Notes: generated by a model from the sequence alone, not told the origin. Counted from the first letter of the stretch, positions 11,032-21,345 are shown. The stretch is DNA of 64,000 nucleotides from Gammaproteobacteria bacterium (GCA_041483135.1 JBGPFE010000019.1:171-64170); one strand, 5' to 3'. Made by a program: numbers and translations.

Positions 11032-11622
11032 TCAGTGTCCAGGCTCCGCCAGGCGTTCCACGTAACGCGCGAGCATGTCGACTTCGATATTCACTTTCGC
11101 TGCCACCGCCAGCGCGCCGAGATTGGTCGCCCGCAGTGTATGCGGAATCAGGTTGGCTTCAAACGCGCTGCCGTTGACCGCATTCACCGTCAGGCTTACT
11201 CCATTTACCGCGATCGAGCCTTTGCGCGCGATGTATCTCGCCAGCCCGGGCGGCGCCTCGACCGCCAGCAGCCGGTCGCCGCCGCTCGCCTCGAAACGCG
11301 CGACAGTGCCGACGCCGTCGACGTGCCCGCCCACCAGGTGGCCACCGAGCCGGTCGGCAAGCCGCAGGGATTTTTCGAGATTCACCCTGAAGCCCGGCGC
11401 AAACCCGATCGTGCAAGCGAGCGTCTCGCGCGACACGTCAAACTCGAGCTGCTTGCGGGCGAGCGATGTCACGGTCAGGCACGCGCCGTTCACCGCGATG
11501 CTGTCGCCGATTCTGACGTCGGCCAGATCGAGCGCCCCCGCGTCGATCGTCACGCGCACGCCGTCCTCTGTGGGCTTCGCCCCGCGCACGCCGCCGACCG
11601 CCTCGATGATTCCGGTAAACAT
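11032..11622 (-). CDS. ribE: riboflavin synthase
   Basis: MFTGIIEAVG...GDSIAVNGACLTV / GSIAVNGVSLTV duplicated barrel motifs; the start at 11622 abuts the ribD stop. Confidence 0.93.
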   Translation of the reverse strand: MFTGIIEAVGGVRGAKPTEDGVRVTIDAGALDLADVRIGDSIAVNGACLTVTSLARKQLEFDVSRETLACTIGFAPGFRVNLEKSLRLADRLGGHLVGGHVDGVGTVARFEASGGDRLLAVEAPPGLARYIARKGSIAVNGVSLTVNAVNGSAFEANLIPHTLRATNLGALAVAAKVNIEVDMLARYVERLAEPGH

Positions 11623-11623
11623 T

Positions 11624-12715
11624 TTATCTTTGTTCCAGGCGCGCCAGGATACGCATGTCGCCGCCCACCGTACGCATATCGTTGATCTTGAGCGTGCGCC
11701 GATGTTCGAGATCGGCAAGCTCAGGCAGATCGGCCATGCCGCGCGCGCGGTCGCCGAGCAGGCACGGCGCCAGATACAGCAACAGCTCGTCGACGCAGCC
11801 TTCGTTGATCAACGATCCATTGAGCTTGTGGCCGGCTTCGACGTGCAGCTCGTTGATCTCGCGCCGGCCGAGTTCGCGCAACAGCTCGGGCAATTCAACT
11901 TTGCCCGCGGCGTTTGGCATCACGATCACCTCGGCGCCTTGGTCCCGCATTTGCCCGATTTTCATTTCGTCCGCCGCCGCACAGGCGATCAGCACGCCGC
12001 CGCCGGTGAGTATGCGCGCGGTAAGCGGCGTCTCGAGCCGGCTGTCGACCACCACGCGCAGCGGCTGCCGCGGCGTGTCCACTTCGCGCACCGTCAGCTG
12101 CGGATCATCGTCGCGCACCGTGCCGATGCCGGTCAGTACCGCGCACGCGCGCGCACGCCAGTGGTGGCCGTCGCGACGCGCCGCCTCGCCGGTGATCCAC
12201 TGGCTCTTGCCGTTTGCGAGCGCGGTCCTGCCGTCGAGGCTCGCCGCAATTTTCATCCGCGTCCATGGCCGGCCGCGCGTCACGCGCGAGACAAAACCGA
12301 TGTTGAGCTCGCGCGCTTCGTTTTCGAGCACGCCCGTCGCGACTTCGATGCCCGCCTGCTTGATGCGCTCCATGCCCTGCCCCGCGGTGCGCAGATCGGG
12401 ATCGCGCATCGCCGCGACCACGCGCGCGATACCTGCCGCGATCAGCGCCTCGTCGCACGGCGGCGTGCGGCCGTGATGGTGGCACGGCTCGAGCGACACG
12501 TAGGCGGTGGCGCCACGTGCACGCTCACCCGCAGCCTTCAAGGCGTTCACTTCAGCATGCGGTGCACCGGCGCGCTCGTGCCAGCCTTCGCCGACCACTG
12601 TGCCGTCGCGCACGATCACGCAGCCGACGCGCGGATTGGGCGTCGCCGTATACAGCCCGCGCTGCGCGAGCTGCATTGCGCGCGCCATGAATTCGTAGTC
12701 GGCAGCGTTAGTCAT
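11624..12715 (-). CDS. ribD: bifunctional diaminohydroxyphosphoribosylaminopyrimidine deaminase / 5-amino-6-(5-phosphoribosylamino)uracil reductase
   Basis: HAEVNAL...LEPCHHHGRTPPC deaminase zinc motif plus a reductase domain. Confidence 0.95.
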   Translation of the reverse strand: MTNAADYEFMARAMQLAQRGLYTATPNPRVGCVIVRDGTVVGEGWHERAGAPHAEVNALKAAGERARGATAYVSLEPCHHHGRTPPCDEALIAAGIARVVAAMRDPDLRTAGQGMERIKQAGIEVATGVLENEARELNIGFVSRVTRGRPWTRMKIAASLDGRTALANGKSQWITGEAARRDGHHWRARACAVLTGIGTVRDDDPQLTVREVDTPRQPLRVVVDSRLETPLTARILTGGGVLIACAAADEMKIGQMRDQGAEVIVMPNAAGKVELPELLRELGRREINELHVEAGHKLNGSLINEGCVDELLLYLAPCLLGDRARGMADLPELADLEHRRTLKINDMRTVGGDMRILARLEQR

Positions 12716-12756
12716 GAATGATAGATCGCCACGATACCAAGAAAACCAGAAACTCA

Positions 12757-12850
12757 GCCACAGAGATCACAGAGAACACCGAGGGAGTCAAATCCGTAAA
12801 CCGCCCGTTTCGCTTGTTTTTATCTCTGTGACCTCTGTGTCCTCTGTGGC
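12757..12850. repeat. heptamer-armed palindromic element, family B copy 1 (CACAGAG arms)
   Basis: GCCACAGAGATCACAGAGAACACCGAGGG...CTCTGTGACCTCTGTGTCCTCTGTGGC between nrdR and ribD. Confidence 0.85.
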
Positions 12851-12864
12851 TGAAGGTTTTGCCC

Positions 12865-13332
12865 TTACTTGCTTTTGCCTGAAGGTTTTTGCACTTCCTT
12901 GATCGCGTCCTGGAAGTCGTCGACGTCCTGGAAGCTCCTGTAAACCGATGCGAAGCGGATGTAGGCGACCTTGTCGAGCTTGTAGAGCTCTTTCATCACC
13001 ATCTCGCCGATGCGGCGGGTCGGGATCTCGCGCTCGCCGAGCGCGAGCACCTGCTGGGCGATGGTCGCCACCGCGTCATCCACCAGCGGCGTCGGCACCG
13101 GGCGCTTGTGCAGCGCGCGCATGAACCCGGTGCGGAGCTTGTCGAGATCGAACTCGGTGCGGCTGCCGTCCTGCTTCACCACCTGCGGCAGGCGCAGCTC
13201 GACCGTTTCGTAGGTCGTGAACCGCTTGTTGCATGCGGGGCAGCGCCGGCGGCGGCGGATGCTGTCGCCGTCGTCGCTCACGCGCGAATCGATCACCTGC
13301 GTGTCTTCGGCTTTGCAGAACGGGCAATGCAT
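12865..13332 (-). CDS. nrdR: transcriptional repressor NrdR
   Basis: MHCPFC...[12 protein letters not shown] zinc ribbon plus ATP-cone. Confidence 0.96.
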   Translation of the reverse strand: MHCPFCKAEDTQVIDSRVSDDGDSIRRRRRCPACNKRFTTYETVELRLPQVVKQDGSRTEFDLDKLRTGFMRALHKRPVPTPLVDDAVATIAQQVLALGEREIPTRRIGEMVMKELYKLDKVAYIRFASVYRSFQDVDDFQDAIKEVQKPSGKSK

Positions 13333-13337
13333 ATTTT

Positions 13338-13421
13338 GGAAGTTTCGGGTTTCGAGTTAAAAGTTGTGAGTTTAAAGCTCACCCTCGCCAGCTCGAAACT
13401 CCAAACTCGCAGCTCGAAACT
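13338..13421. repeat. palindromic element with AGTTTCG/CGAAACT-type heptamer arms
   Basis: GAAGTTTCGGGTTTCGAGTTAAAAGTTGTGAGTTTAAAGCTCACCC...AGCTCGAAACTCCAAACTCGCAGCTCGAAACT; a related half-arm lies at 28586-28620. Confidence 0.7.
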
Positions 13422-13424
13422 GTT

Positions 13425-14672
13425 TTATCCATACACCGGAAACTCCGCGCATAGCGCCTTCGCCCCGGCCGTGACGCGCCCGATCGTCTTTTCATCGTGC
13501 GGCGCGTCGAGCACGTCGGCGATCAGGTTGGCGAGCTGCTCGGCTGCCGCCTCCCCGAAGCCGCGCGTGGTGATGGCCGGCGAGCCGATCCGGATGCCGC
13601 TCGTCACCGCCGGCTTCAGCGGATCGTTCGGGATCGCGTTCTTGTTGACCGTGATGTGGGCGCGGCCGAGCGCGTCCTCGGCATCCTTACCGGTCAGCCG
13701 CTTGCCGGTCAAGTCGACCAGGAACAGATGGCAGTCGGTGCGGCCGGACACGATGCGCAAGCCGCGTTGCTGCAGAACCCGCGCCATCGCCTGCGCATTG
13801 TTCACCACCTGCTGCTGATACTGCCTGAATTCCGGGCTTAGCGCCTCCTTGAATGCCACCGCTTTGGCGGCAATCACGTGCATCAGCGGCCCGCCCTGGA
13901 TGCCGGGAAAGATCGCCGCATTGAGCAGCTTTTCGTGTTCCGCCCCGGCCAGAATCAGCCCGCCGCGCGGCCCGCGCAGCGTCTTGTGCGTCGTGGTGGT
14001 TACGAAATCGGCAATGCCGACCGGGCTCGGATAAAGCCCCGCCGCGATCAATCCCGCGTAATGCGCGATGTCGGCCATCAGCAGCGCACCCACTTCATCC
14101 GCAATTTCGCGAAACCGCTGCCAGTCGATGGCGAGTGAATAGGCGGATGCGCCGGCGATGATCAGTTTCGGCTGGTGCAGGCGCGCGAGGCTCTCGACCT
14201 GGCCGTAATCGATCGCCTCGGTCGCGGGATCGAGGCCGTAGGTCAGCGCGTGGTACAAGCGGCCGCTGACGTTTACTGTCGCGCCGTGCGACAGGTGGCC
14301 GCCGTGCGCGAGCGACATGCCGAGGATAGTGTCGCCCGCATGCAGCACCGCCGAAAATACCGCGAAATTGGCCTGCGATCCCGAATGCGGCTGCACGTTC
14401 GCGTACTCGGCGTTGAAGAGCTGCTTGGCACGGTCGATCGCGAGCTGCTCGACGACGTCGACGTACTGGCAGCCGCCGTAATAACGCTTGCCGGGATAGC
14501 CTTCGGCGTACTTATTGGTGAGCACCGAGCCCTGCGCTTCAAGCACGCGCGGGCTGGCGTAATTCTCGGAAGCAATCAACTCGATGTGCTCTTCCTGGCG
14601 GCACGTCTCGCGCTCGAGCGCCCACCACAGCTCGGGGTCGAAGCTCTGGATCGTGTCCTGCGCTGAATACAT
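13425..14672 (-). CDS. glyA: serine hydroxymethyltransferase
   Basis: [17 protein letters not shown]-lysine motif; alternative start at 14681. Confidence 0.97.
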   Translation of the reverse strand: MYSAQDTIQSFDPELWWALERETCRQEEHIELIASENYASPRVLEAQGSVLTNKYAEGYPGKRYYGGCQYVDVVEQLAIDRAKQLFNAEYANVQPHSGSQANFAVFSAVLHAGDTILGMSLAHGGHLSHGATVNVSGRLYHALTYGLDPATEAIDYGQVESLARLHQPKLIIAGASAYSLAIDWQRFREIADEVGALLMADIAHYAGLIAAGLYPSPVGIADFVTTTTHKTLRGPRGGLILAGAEHEKLLNAAIFPGIQGGPLMHVIAAKAVAFKEALSPEFRQYQQQVVNNAQAMARVLQQRGLRIVSGRTDCHLFLVDLTGKRLTGKDAEDALGRAHITVNKNAIPNDPLKPAVTSGIRIGSPAITTRGFGEAAAEQLANLIADVLDAPHDEKTIGRVTAGAKALCAEFPVYG

Positions 14673-14819
14673 GTGCACCAATCCGTATCTAAATTGTTGA
14701 TTTTACCACGTTTAATCTGTGATGCGGCAGGGCAGCCGCAGTGCATCGCAACGAGCTTGCGACACCGCCGCAACGTATGCCGGCCGCGGTAGGGTGCCGC
14801 ATTTTGCGCGCCGCACATA

Positions 14820-15464
14820 ATGTTGCGTATGATTAGCGCCGGCTTTGCATTACGCGTTCCGGGGGAGATTTCATTGAAAGCACTGCTGGCGTTATCGCGC
14901 CTGATCGATGCGCTCAACGAGCGCGTGGGCCACCTGATCTACTGGCTGATACTGGTCGCCGTTCTGGTGAGCGCCGGCAACGCAGTCATCCGCTATGCGT
15001 TCAACATGAGTTCCAACGCGTGGCTGGAAGTCCAATGGTATCTGTTTTCGGCCGTATTTCTGTTTTGTGCCGGGTACACGCTGCTGCACAATCAACACGT
15101 TCGGATCGATGTCATCACCGGACGCATGTCGAAGCGGGCACAGGCCTGGATCGACATTTTCGGCACCCTGTTCTTCCTGCTGCCGATGGCGATCACCATC
15201 ATGTGGCTGTCGTGGCCGGTCTTTGTCGATGCCTATCAGCACAACGAGGTTTCGACCAATGCCGGCGGACTGATCATCTGGCCGGCCCGGCTGATGGTGC
15301 CGATCGGCTTTTCCCTGCTGGTAATGCAAGGGTGTTCGGAGCTGATCAAGCGCATCGCCTTCCTCAAAGGGTTGATCCCCGATCCGGCTGAAAAGCACGA
15401 GGCGCCGGCCGCCGAAGCACTGCTCGCCGAAGAAATCAGAAAGCAGCGGGAGGAGCAGGCATGA
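14820..15464 (+). CDS. TRAP transporter small permease (DctQ-type)
   Basis: 4-TM, ~200 aa, directly upstream of a DctM-type gene; start uncertain. Confidence 0.82.
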   Translation: MLRMISAGFALRVPGEISLKALLALSRLIDALNERVGHLIYWLILVAVLVSAGNAVIRYAFNMSSNAWLEVQWYLFSAVFLFCAGYTLLHNQHVRIDVITGRMSKRAQAWIDIFGTLFFLLPMAITIMWLSWPVFVDAYQHNEVSTNAGGLIIWPARLMVPIGFSLLVMQGCSELIKRIAFLKGLIPDPAEKHEAPAAEALLAEEIRKQREEQA

Positions 15465-15570
15465 GCGACCAGGCAGGGGCCCCGCTTGGCGGGGAGAAGA
15501 AAAATGCGAATACCCGCGGACGCCGACACGCAACGGGTCGGAACGCGCCAACTGTCGCGGGAGCGTCGGC

Positions 15571-17364
15571 ATGATCGAGCTGCTGACAAACAACATGGCG
15601 CCGCTGATGTTCTCGGCGCTGATTGTGGTTCTGCTGCTGGGCTACCCGGTGGCGTTTTCACTCGCCGCCATCGGCATATTCTTCGGCCTGCTTGGCATCG
15701 AGATGGGGCTGCTGCATCCGTCCCTGTTCCAGGCGTTGCCGCAGCGAATCTGGGGAGTGATGTCGAACGACACCCTGCTCGCGGTGCCTTTCTTCACCTT
15801 CATGGGACTGATCCTCGAGCGCAGCGGCATGGCGGAGGACCTGCTCGACACCATCGGCCAGCTGTTCGGACCGCTGCGCGGCGGCCTGGCCTTCGCCGTT
15901 ATCTTCGTCGGCGCGCTGCTCGCCGCAACGACCGGCGTGGTCGCGGCCTCGGTGATCTCGATGGGCCTGATTTCGCTGCCGATCATGCTGCGCTACGGCT
16001 ACGACCGGCGCTTTGCCACCGGCGTGATCGCCGCCTCGGGCACGCTTGCGCAGATCATCCCGCCTTCGCTGGTGCTGATCATCATGGCCGACCAGCTGGG
16101 CAAATCGGTCGGCGACATGTATGAGGGCGCCTTTATCCCCGGCCTGACGCTCGCCGGCCTGTATGCGCTGTACGCAGCGGGCATCTCTGTCTTCAAGCCA
16201 TCGTGGGCGCCGGCGCTGCCGGCCGAAGCGCGCACACTGCGCGAACCCGACGGCAGCGGCGGCACGCGATCCCTGATCGTGCTCGTCGTAGTCGCGACGC
16301 TGGCCGCCGTCGCCTTCGCGAAATTTCACTATCCGCCCGAAGCTCCGACCGACGAGTTGCTCGTCGTATCCACCTCGGTCGGGGTCGCCGTGGCTTTCGT
16401 GGCCTCGGTCATCAACCATCTTCTCAAGCTCGGCCTGCTCTCCCGCATTGCCGAGCGCGTGACGTTCGTGCTGATCCCGCCGCTCGCGCTGATCTTCCTT
16501 GTGCTCGGGACCATTTTTCTCGGCGTGGCGACGCCGACCGAAGGCGGGGCTATGGGCGCTAGTGGCGCGCTGGCGATGGCGCTGGCGCGCCGGCGGCTGT
16601 CCTTCAGCCTGCTCAGGCAGGCGATGGATTCGACCGCGAAGCTGACGGCCTTCGTCGTGTTCATTCTGGTCGGCGCGCGGGTGTTCAGCCTGACGTTCTA
16701 CGGCGTGGACGGCCATCTTTGGGTCGAGAGCCTGCTCACCGGCCTGCCCGGCGGCCAGCTGGGCTTCCTGATCGTCACCAACATCCTGATTTTCGTGCTG
16801 GCGTTCTTTCTCGATTTTTTCGAGTTATCCTTCATCGTCATCCCGCTGCTCGGCCCCGTCGCCGATAAGCTCGGCATCGACCTGATCTGGCTCGGCGTGC
16901 TCTACGGCGTCAACATGCAGACCTCGTTCATGCACCCGCCGTTCGGCTTCGCGCTGTTTTACCTGCGCAGCGTGGCGCCGGCCAAGGACTACGTCGACAG
17001 GCTCACCGGCAAGCTGACGCCGAAAGTCACGACCGGACAGATTTATTGGGGCGCCGTGCCTTTCGTGCTGATCCAGATCATCATGGTGACGCTGATCATC
17101 GCGTTCCCCGGCCTGGTCACCGGCGGTCTCGTCAAGAAGCAAGTCATCGACACGAACAAGATGCAGATCGAGGTGCCCGCGGAAGCGCCGGAGCTGCTGG
17201 GCGAGCCCGGAAAAGACGGCAGCACGGCCGCCCAGCCGGGCGCGGAAAACACAGGCTCCGAACAAGAGGATGCGGAAAAGGCGCTCGCGCGCGCGATGGG
17301 CAGCACCTCCACTGCGCCGCCCGCCGCTGGAGACGCCGCCAAGCCGCCCAAGGACAGGAAATAA
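15571..17364 (+). CDS. TRAP transporter large permease (DctM-type) with an acidic/Pro-Ala-rich C-terminal tail
   Basis: MIELLTNNMAPLMFSALIVVLLLGYPVAFSLA..., polytopic; the last ~75 aa are low complexity. Confidence 0.92.
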   Translation: MIELLTNNMAPLMFSALIVVLLLGYPVAFSLAAIGIFFGLLGIEMGLLHPSLFQALPQRIWGVMSNDTLLAVPFFTFMGLILERSGMAEDLLDTIGQLFGPLRGGLAFAVIFVGALLAATTGVVAASVISMGLISLPIMLRYGYDRRFATGVIAASGTLAQIIPPSLVLIIMADQLGKSVGDMYEGAFIPGLTLAGLYALYAAGISVFKPSWAPALPAEARTLREPDGSGGTRSLIVLVVVATLAAVAFAKFHYPPEAPTDELLVVSTSVGVAVAFVASVINHLLKLGLLSRIAERVTFVLIPPLALIFLVLGTIFLGVATPTEGGAMGASGALAMALARRRLSFSLLRQAMDSTAKLTAFVVFILVGARVFSLTFYGVDGHLWVESLLTGLPGGQLGFLIVTNILIFVLAFFLDFFELSFIVIPLLGPVADKLGIDLIWLGVLYGVNMQTSFMHPPFGFALFYLRSVAPAKDYVDRLTGKLTPKVTTGQIYWGAVPFVLIQIIMVTLIIAFPGLVTGGLVKKQVIDTNKMQIEVPAEAPELLGEPGKDGSTAAQPGAENTGSEQEDAEKALARAMGSTSTAPPAAGDAAKPPKDRK

Positions 17365-17391
17365 CGCGTCGACAGCTCGGGTGGCAAAAAA

Positions 17392-17419
17392 AGAAAACCC
17401 CGCATTACGCGGGGTTTTT
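17392..17419. terminator. bidirectional rho-independent terminator
   Basis: AAAAACCCCGCATTACGCGGGGTTTTT between the convergent TRAP permease and binding-protein genes. Confidence 0.75.
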
Positions 17420-17453
17420 CCTGGAACCGGCTGGGTTGCCGGAAGCCGCGCCG

Positions 17454-18563
17454 CTACTTCTTCTTCGGCGCCTGCTGCGACAGCCGCTGCGCCGCGATCA
17501 TGAAATTATCGTAACGGTTTTCCGCGATCGAGAACCATTGCACCTGATCGTTGCGGAACTTGCTCCATGCGTCGTAGACCTTCTTGAACTTCGGGTTCTT
17601 CGCCGAAGTTTCCGCATACAACTCGTTGGCTGCCTTGTAGCACGCGGCCATGATGTCGTTGGTGAATGGCTGCAGCTTGACGCCGTTGCCGAGCAGCCGT
17701 TTCAATGCGGCCGGATTGGCGGCGTCGTATTTCGCGGTCATGTCGATCTGCGCTTCGGCGCAAGCCGACTCGAGAATCGACTTGTAGTCAGCAGGTAGCG
17801 CCTCCCACGCCTTGATATTGACGAGTAGATCGAGCTCAGGACCGCCTTCCCACCACCCCGGGTAGTAATAGTGCTTGGCGACCTTGTAAAAACCGAGCTT
17901 TTCGTCGTCGTAGGGGCCGACCCACTCTGCAGCATCGATCGTGCCTTTTTCCAGTGCCGGGTAAATATCACCGCCCGCAATTTGCTGCGGCACCACGCCG
18001 AGTTTGGTCAGCACCGCGCCGGCAAAGCCGCCGATACGGAACTTCAGCCCCTTCAGATCCGCAACGGTCTTGATCTCTTTGCGGAACCAGCCGCCCATCT
18101 GGCAGCCCGTGTTGCCGGCGGGAATGTTGATAACGTTGTATTCCTTGAAAAACTCGCGCATGAGCTCGAGGCCCCCGCCGTGATACATCCAGGCGAACTG
18201 CTGGCGGGCATTGAGCCCGAACGGAATGGCACAGGAGAAGGCGAACGTGGGGTCCTTGCCGAAATAGTAGTAGGGCGCCGTATGTCCGCACTCCACAGTG
18301 CCGTTCTGCACGGCGTCAAGCACCTGCAGGCCCGGCACGATTTCACCGGCGGCAAACACCTTGATATTGAACTTGCCGCCGGTGGATGCCGCGACCCGCT
18401 TGGCGATCAGCTCGGGGCCGCCGAACAGCGTGTCGAGGCTCTTCGGCCAGCTCGCCGTCAGCCGCCAGTTGACGGTGGGCTGCGTCTGCGCAAGCGCCGG
18501 CGCGGCAACCGTGCCAGCTGCCAGGCCTACCGCCGCGTTTTTCAGAAATGCACGTCGTTTCAT
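17454..18563 (-). CDS. TRAP transporter substrate-binding protein (DctP family, Tat-type signal)
   Basis: MKRRAFLKNAAVGLAAGTVAAPALAQ twin-arginine leader; DctP-like fold length. Confidence 0.9.
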   Translation of the reverse strand: MKRRAFLKNAAVGLAAGTVAAPALAQTQPTVNWRLTASWPKSLDTLFGGPELIAKRVAASTGGKFNIKVFAAGEIVPGLQVLDAVQNGTVECGHTAPYYYFGKDPTFAFSCAIPFGLNARQQFAWMYHGGGLELMREFFKEYNVINIPAGNTGCQMGGWFRKEIKTVADLKGLKFRIGGFAGAVLTKLGVVPQQIAGGDIYPALEKGTIDAAEWVGPYDDEKLGFYKVAKHYYYPGWWEGGPELDLLVNIKAWEALPADYKSILESACAEAQIDMTAKYDAANPAALKRLLGNGVKLQPFTNDIMAACYKAANELYAETSAKNPKFKKVYDAWSKFRNDQVQWFSIAENRYDNFMIAAQRLSQQAPKKK

Positions 18564-18637
18564 TTGCTCCTCCGGGTTGGGTAAACAGGGCCGTATAGTC
18601 TAAGCGCAGCCGGCGGGATTGGCCAGTGCTGGTGGCG

Positions 18638-20005
18638 TCAGTCCCCCGCAACCGTCATGCGTTCGATCAGCACCGAACCGCACTGTTTTGAGCCGCGCTT
18701 GACGATGTCGTTGCCGGCCGCAACGATGTTGCGGAACATGTCCTTGAGGTTGCCGGCGATCGTGATTTCCTGCACCGGATAGGCAATTGCGCCGTTTTCG
18801 ACCCAGAATCCGGCCGCGCCGCGCGAATAATCACCGGTCACCATGTTGATGCCCTGGCCGAGCATCTCGGTCACCAGCAACCCGCGTCCCATCTTCTTCA
18901 GCAATTGCGGCAGGTCCTCGCCGGTATCCTTGAGCACCAGGTTGTAATTGCCGCCGGCATTGCCGGTCGACTGCATGCCGAGTTTGCGCGCCGAGTAGCT
19001 GCTCAGGAAATAACCCTGCACGCTGCCGCCTTCAACCACCTGGCGGCGGTGCGTCGCCACGCCTTCCTCATCGAAGGGGCTGCTGGCCAGACCCTTCGGG
19101 ATGTGCGGATCGTCGCTGATTTCAATCAGTGGCGAAAACACCGCCTTGCCGAGGCTGTCGAGCAGAAACGACGACTTGCGGTAGAGGCTGCCGCCGCTGA
19201 CCGCCGACACGAAATGACCGAGCAGCGTCGCCGCAGCGGGCGCCTCGTACAGCACCGGCACCTGCAAGGTCGCGATTTTCCTGGCGCCGAGGCGGTGGAT
19301 CGCGCGCTCGCCGGCGATCCTGCCGACAGCCTCCGGTGCATCGAGCTCGGCGGGATCGCGCGCCGATGCATACCAGTCGTCGCGCTGCATCGCATCGCCC
19401 TTGCCGGCGATCACGGCGCAACTGATCCAATGCCGCGAGCTCGGGTACCCGCTGAGAAAACCGAGCGAGTTGCCGTAGGCAAAATGCGATTGCTGCAGCG
19501 ATACCGTCGCGCCCTCGGAATTGGCGATGCGCTGGTCGACCGCGAATGCCGCCCCCTCGCACGCCTGGGCGAGTTCGATCGCGCGCTCGACCGGCAAATC
19601 CCACGGATGGAACAGATCGAGGTCCGGGATTTCACGCGCCAGCAGCTCCTCGTCGGCGAGCCCTGCGTAATCGTCGCTGGCGGTGAATTTCGCGATCGAC
19701 AGCGCGGCGTCAGTGGTCGCCCGTATCGCCTGCGGCGAGAAATCGGAAGTGCTGGCATGGCCGCGGCGCTTGTCCAGGTAAACGGAAACGCCGATGCTTT
19801 TGTCACGGTTGTACTCGATGGTCTCGACTTCACCGCGCCGCACCGTGACGGTCTGGCCGAAGCCCTCTGACACTTCGGTTTCGCAAGCAGTCGCCCCCTG
19901 CTCGCGCGCGTACTTGAGCACATCCGCGGCGATCTGCCGCAGGCCCGCCTGATCGTGGGAGAACTGATGGGCCGGCGCCGGCCGCGTCCTGAGTTCGGTT
20001 GTCAT
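18638..20005 (-). CDS. pmbA: metalloprotease PmbA/TldE
   Basis: LKYAREQGATACETEVSEGFGQTVTVRRGEVETIEYNRDKS; start trimmed to MTTELR (20005); divergent from yjgA as in E. coli. Confidence 0.92.
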   Translation of the reverse strand: MTTELRTRPAPAHQFSHDQAGLRQIAADVLKYAREQGATACETEVSEGFGQTVTVRRGEVETIEYNRDKSIGVSVYLDKRRGHASTSDFSPQAIRATTDAALSIAKFTASDDYAGLADEELLAREIPDLDLFHPWDLPVERAIELAQACEGAAFAVDQRIANSEGATVSLQQSHFAYGNSLGFLSGYPSSRHWISCAVIAGKGDAMQRDDWYASARDPAELDAPEAVGRIAGERAIHRLGARKIATLQVPVLYEAPAAATLLGHFVSAVSGGSLYRKSSFLLDSLGKAVFSPLIEISDDPHIPKGLASSPFDEEGVATHRRQVVEGGSVQGYFLSSYSARKLGMQSTGNAGGNYNLVLKDTGEDLPQLLKKMGRGLLVTEMLGQGINMVTGDYSRGAAGFWVENGAIAYPVQEITIAGNLKDMFRNIVAAGNDIVKRGSKQCGSVLIERMTVAGD

Positions 20006-20062
20006 GAGAAGCGGGATCAGAAAAGCCGTTATCATACCAGCTTGAATCGAGCCGGCTGAAGC

Positions 20063-20563
20063 ATGGACGAACGGGAACGACCCAGTAAATCGCAGCGCAA
20101 ACGCGAGATGGAAGCGTTGCAGAAAATCGGCGTGGAACTGGTACAGCTCAACGCCGGGCAACTGGCGCAAATCGAGCTGCCGGAGCGCCTGTACGACGCG
20201 ATCGTCGAAACTCAAGGCATCCGCGATTTCGAGGGCCGGCGCCGGCAGATGCAGTACGTCGGCAAGCTGATGCGCGAGATCGACCCGGCACCGATCCTCG
20301 CCAAACTCGAGCAATGGCGAGGCGCGGCGCGCGGGCATACCGCGCTTCAACACCTGATCGAGCGCTGGCGAGAGCGGCTGCTCGCCGACGATGTCGCCTT
20401 GGCAGTGTTTGCCACCGATTATCCGGGCAGCGACCGGCAGCACCTGCGCACCCTGATCGCCAGCGTCAAGCGCGACCAGGCTGCGGGCAGGCCGCCCAGG
20501 AATTATCGCGAGCTGTTCCGCGTGCTACGCGAGATTATGGAGGCAAAGCAGAAACAGCAATGA
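20063..20563 (+). CDS. yjgA: ribosome-associated protein YjgA (DUF615)
   Basis: RPSKSQRKREMEALQKIGVELVQL; divergent partner of pmbA. Confidence 0.88.
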   Translation: MDERERPSKSQRKREMEALQKIGVELVQLNAGQLAQIELPERLYDAIVETQGIRDFEGRRRQMQYVGKLMREIDPAPILAKLEQWRGAARGHTALQHLIERWRERLLADDVALAVFATDYPGSDRQHLRTLIASVKRDQAAGRPPRNYRELFRVLREIMEAKQKQQ

Positions 20564-20670
20564 GCGATGAGTGATGGGCAATGGGTAAACCCTTTCCACC
20601 TTTTACCTTTCACCCATTACTCCTTGCTCATCACCCGTTACTTCTCACTCCTCACCCCTCCCGCCTCACG
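20560..20670. repeat. heptamer-armed palindromic element (GTGATGG/GGTAAAC-type arms)
   Basis: ATGAGCGATGAGTGATGGGCAATGGGTAAACCC...TTTACCTTTCACCCATTACTCCTTGCTCATCACCC...; the yjgA stop lies in the first unit. Confidence 0.7.
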
Positions 20671-20683
20671 CTATACTTCCGGC

Positions 20684-21232
20684 ATGAACACCGAGCTATT
20701 GATCGGACTGGTTTCGATCAGCGACCGCGCCGCGGGCGGCGTCTACGCAGACAAAGGCATTCCGGCTCTGCAGGAATGGTTCGGCGCGGCGCTCGCGACG
20801 CCGTGGAAGATGATGACGCGGCTGATCCCCGACGAGCAGCCGGTGATCGAGCAGACGCTGCGGGAACTCGTCGACCGGGAAAAATGCCACCTCGTGCTCA
20901 CCACCGGCGGCACGGGACCCGCACCGCGCGACGTGACTCCCGAGGCCACGCTCGCCGTCGCCGACAAGGTGATGCCGGGTTTCGGCGAGCAGATGCGGCA
21001 GGTGAGTCTCAAATACGTGCCGACCGCGATCCTGTCGCGCCAGGTCGGCGTGATCCGCAGGCAGGCGCTGATCCTGAATCTTCCCGGGCAACCGAAAGCG
21101 ATCAAGGAAACGCTCGACGGCATTTTCGCCGCGGTGCCGTACTGCATCGACCTGATCGGCGGGCCTTACATCGAAACGCATGACAACGTGATCAAGGTCT
21201 TCCGGCCAAAGTCGGCCATCAGACCGAAGTGA
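20684..21232 (+). CDS. mog: molybdopterin adenylyltransferase Mog
   Basis: Near-collinear with E. coli Mog: IGLVSISDRA..GVY.DKGIPAL.EW, LVLTTGGTGPA.RDVTP.ATLAVAD, ILNLPGQPK.IKETL. Confidence 0.95.
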   Translation: MNTELLIGLVSISDRAAGGVYADKGIPALQEWFGAALATPWKMMTRLIPDEQPVIEQTLRELVDREKCHLVLTTGGTGPAPRDVTPEATLAVADKVMPGFGEQMRQVSLKYVPTAILSRQVGVIRRQALILNLPGQPKAIKETLDGIFAAVPYCIDLIGGPYIETHDNVIKVFRPKSAIRPK

Positions 21233-21340
21233 ATCGTAGTGAAAGAGTGAATGGGTGAACACCCCCTCCCTAGCCCTCCCCCTTGACAAAGGAGGAGGGA
21301 ATCTTTCACTCCTTCACTCCTTCACCCCTTCACCCTTCAC
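21229..21340. repeat. heptamer-armed palindromic element, family A copy 2
   Basis: GTGAATCGTAGTGAAAGAGTGAATGGGTGAACACCCCC...CCCTCCCCCTTGACAAAGGAGGAGGG...CTTTCACTCCTTCACTCCTTCACCCCTTCACCCTTCAC. Confidence 0.85.
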
Positions 21341-21345
21341 ATCAC

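Noticed and set aside
9927-12864. FMN riboswitch associated with the riboflavin genes.
   Set aside because: The rib genes are packed with gaps of 1-10 nt. The only gap (12716-12864) is occupied by the family B repeat, which lacks the FMN-aptamer conserved cores.
14682-14819. Possible ZTP (pfl) or glycine riboswitch in the glyA leader.
   Set aside because: I read the minus-strand leader. The conserved ZTP 3' element (CCGCCTGGGC-like) and glycine-riboswitch cores are absent. Only a short TGCGGC...GCCGCA hairpin is present.
18638-20443. N-terminal extensions suggested by the ORF track: pmbA (601 aa), mog (20567 start), esterase (21283), hemerythrin (39764), nusB (9496), ribE (11718), livF (47689) and the alarmone hydrolase (35641).
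   Set aside because: The extensions overlap upstream genes or repeat elements and have non-protein-like composition. Internal ATGs reproduce the canonical family N-termini, often with an SD or a start/stop overlap.
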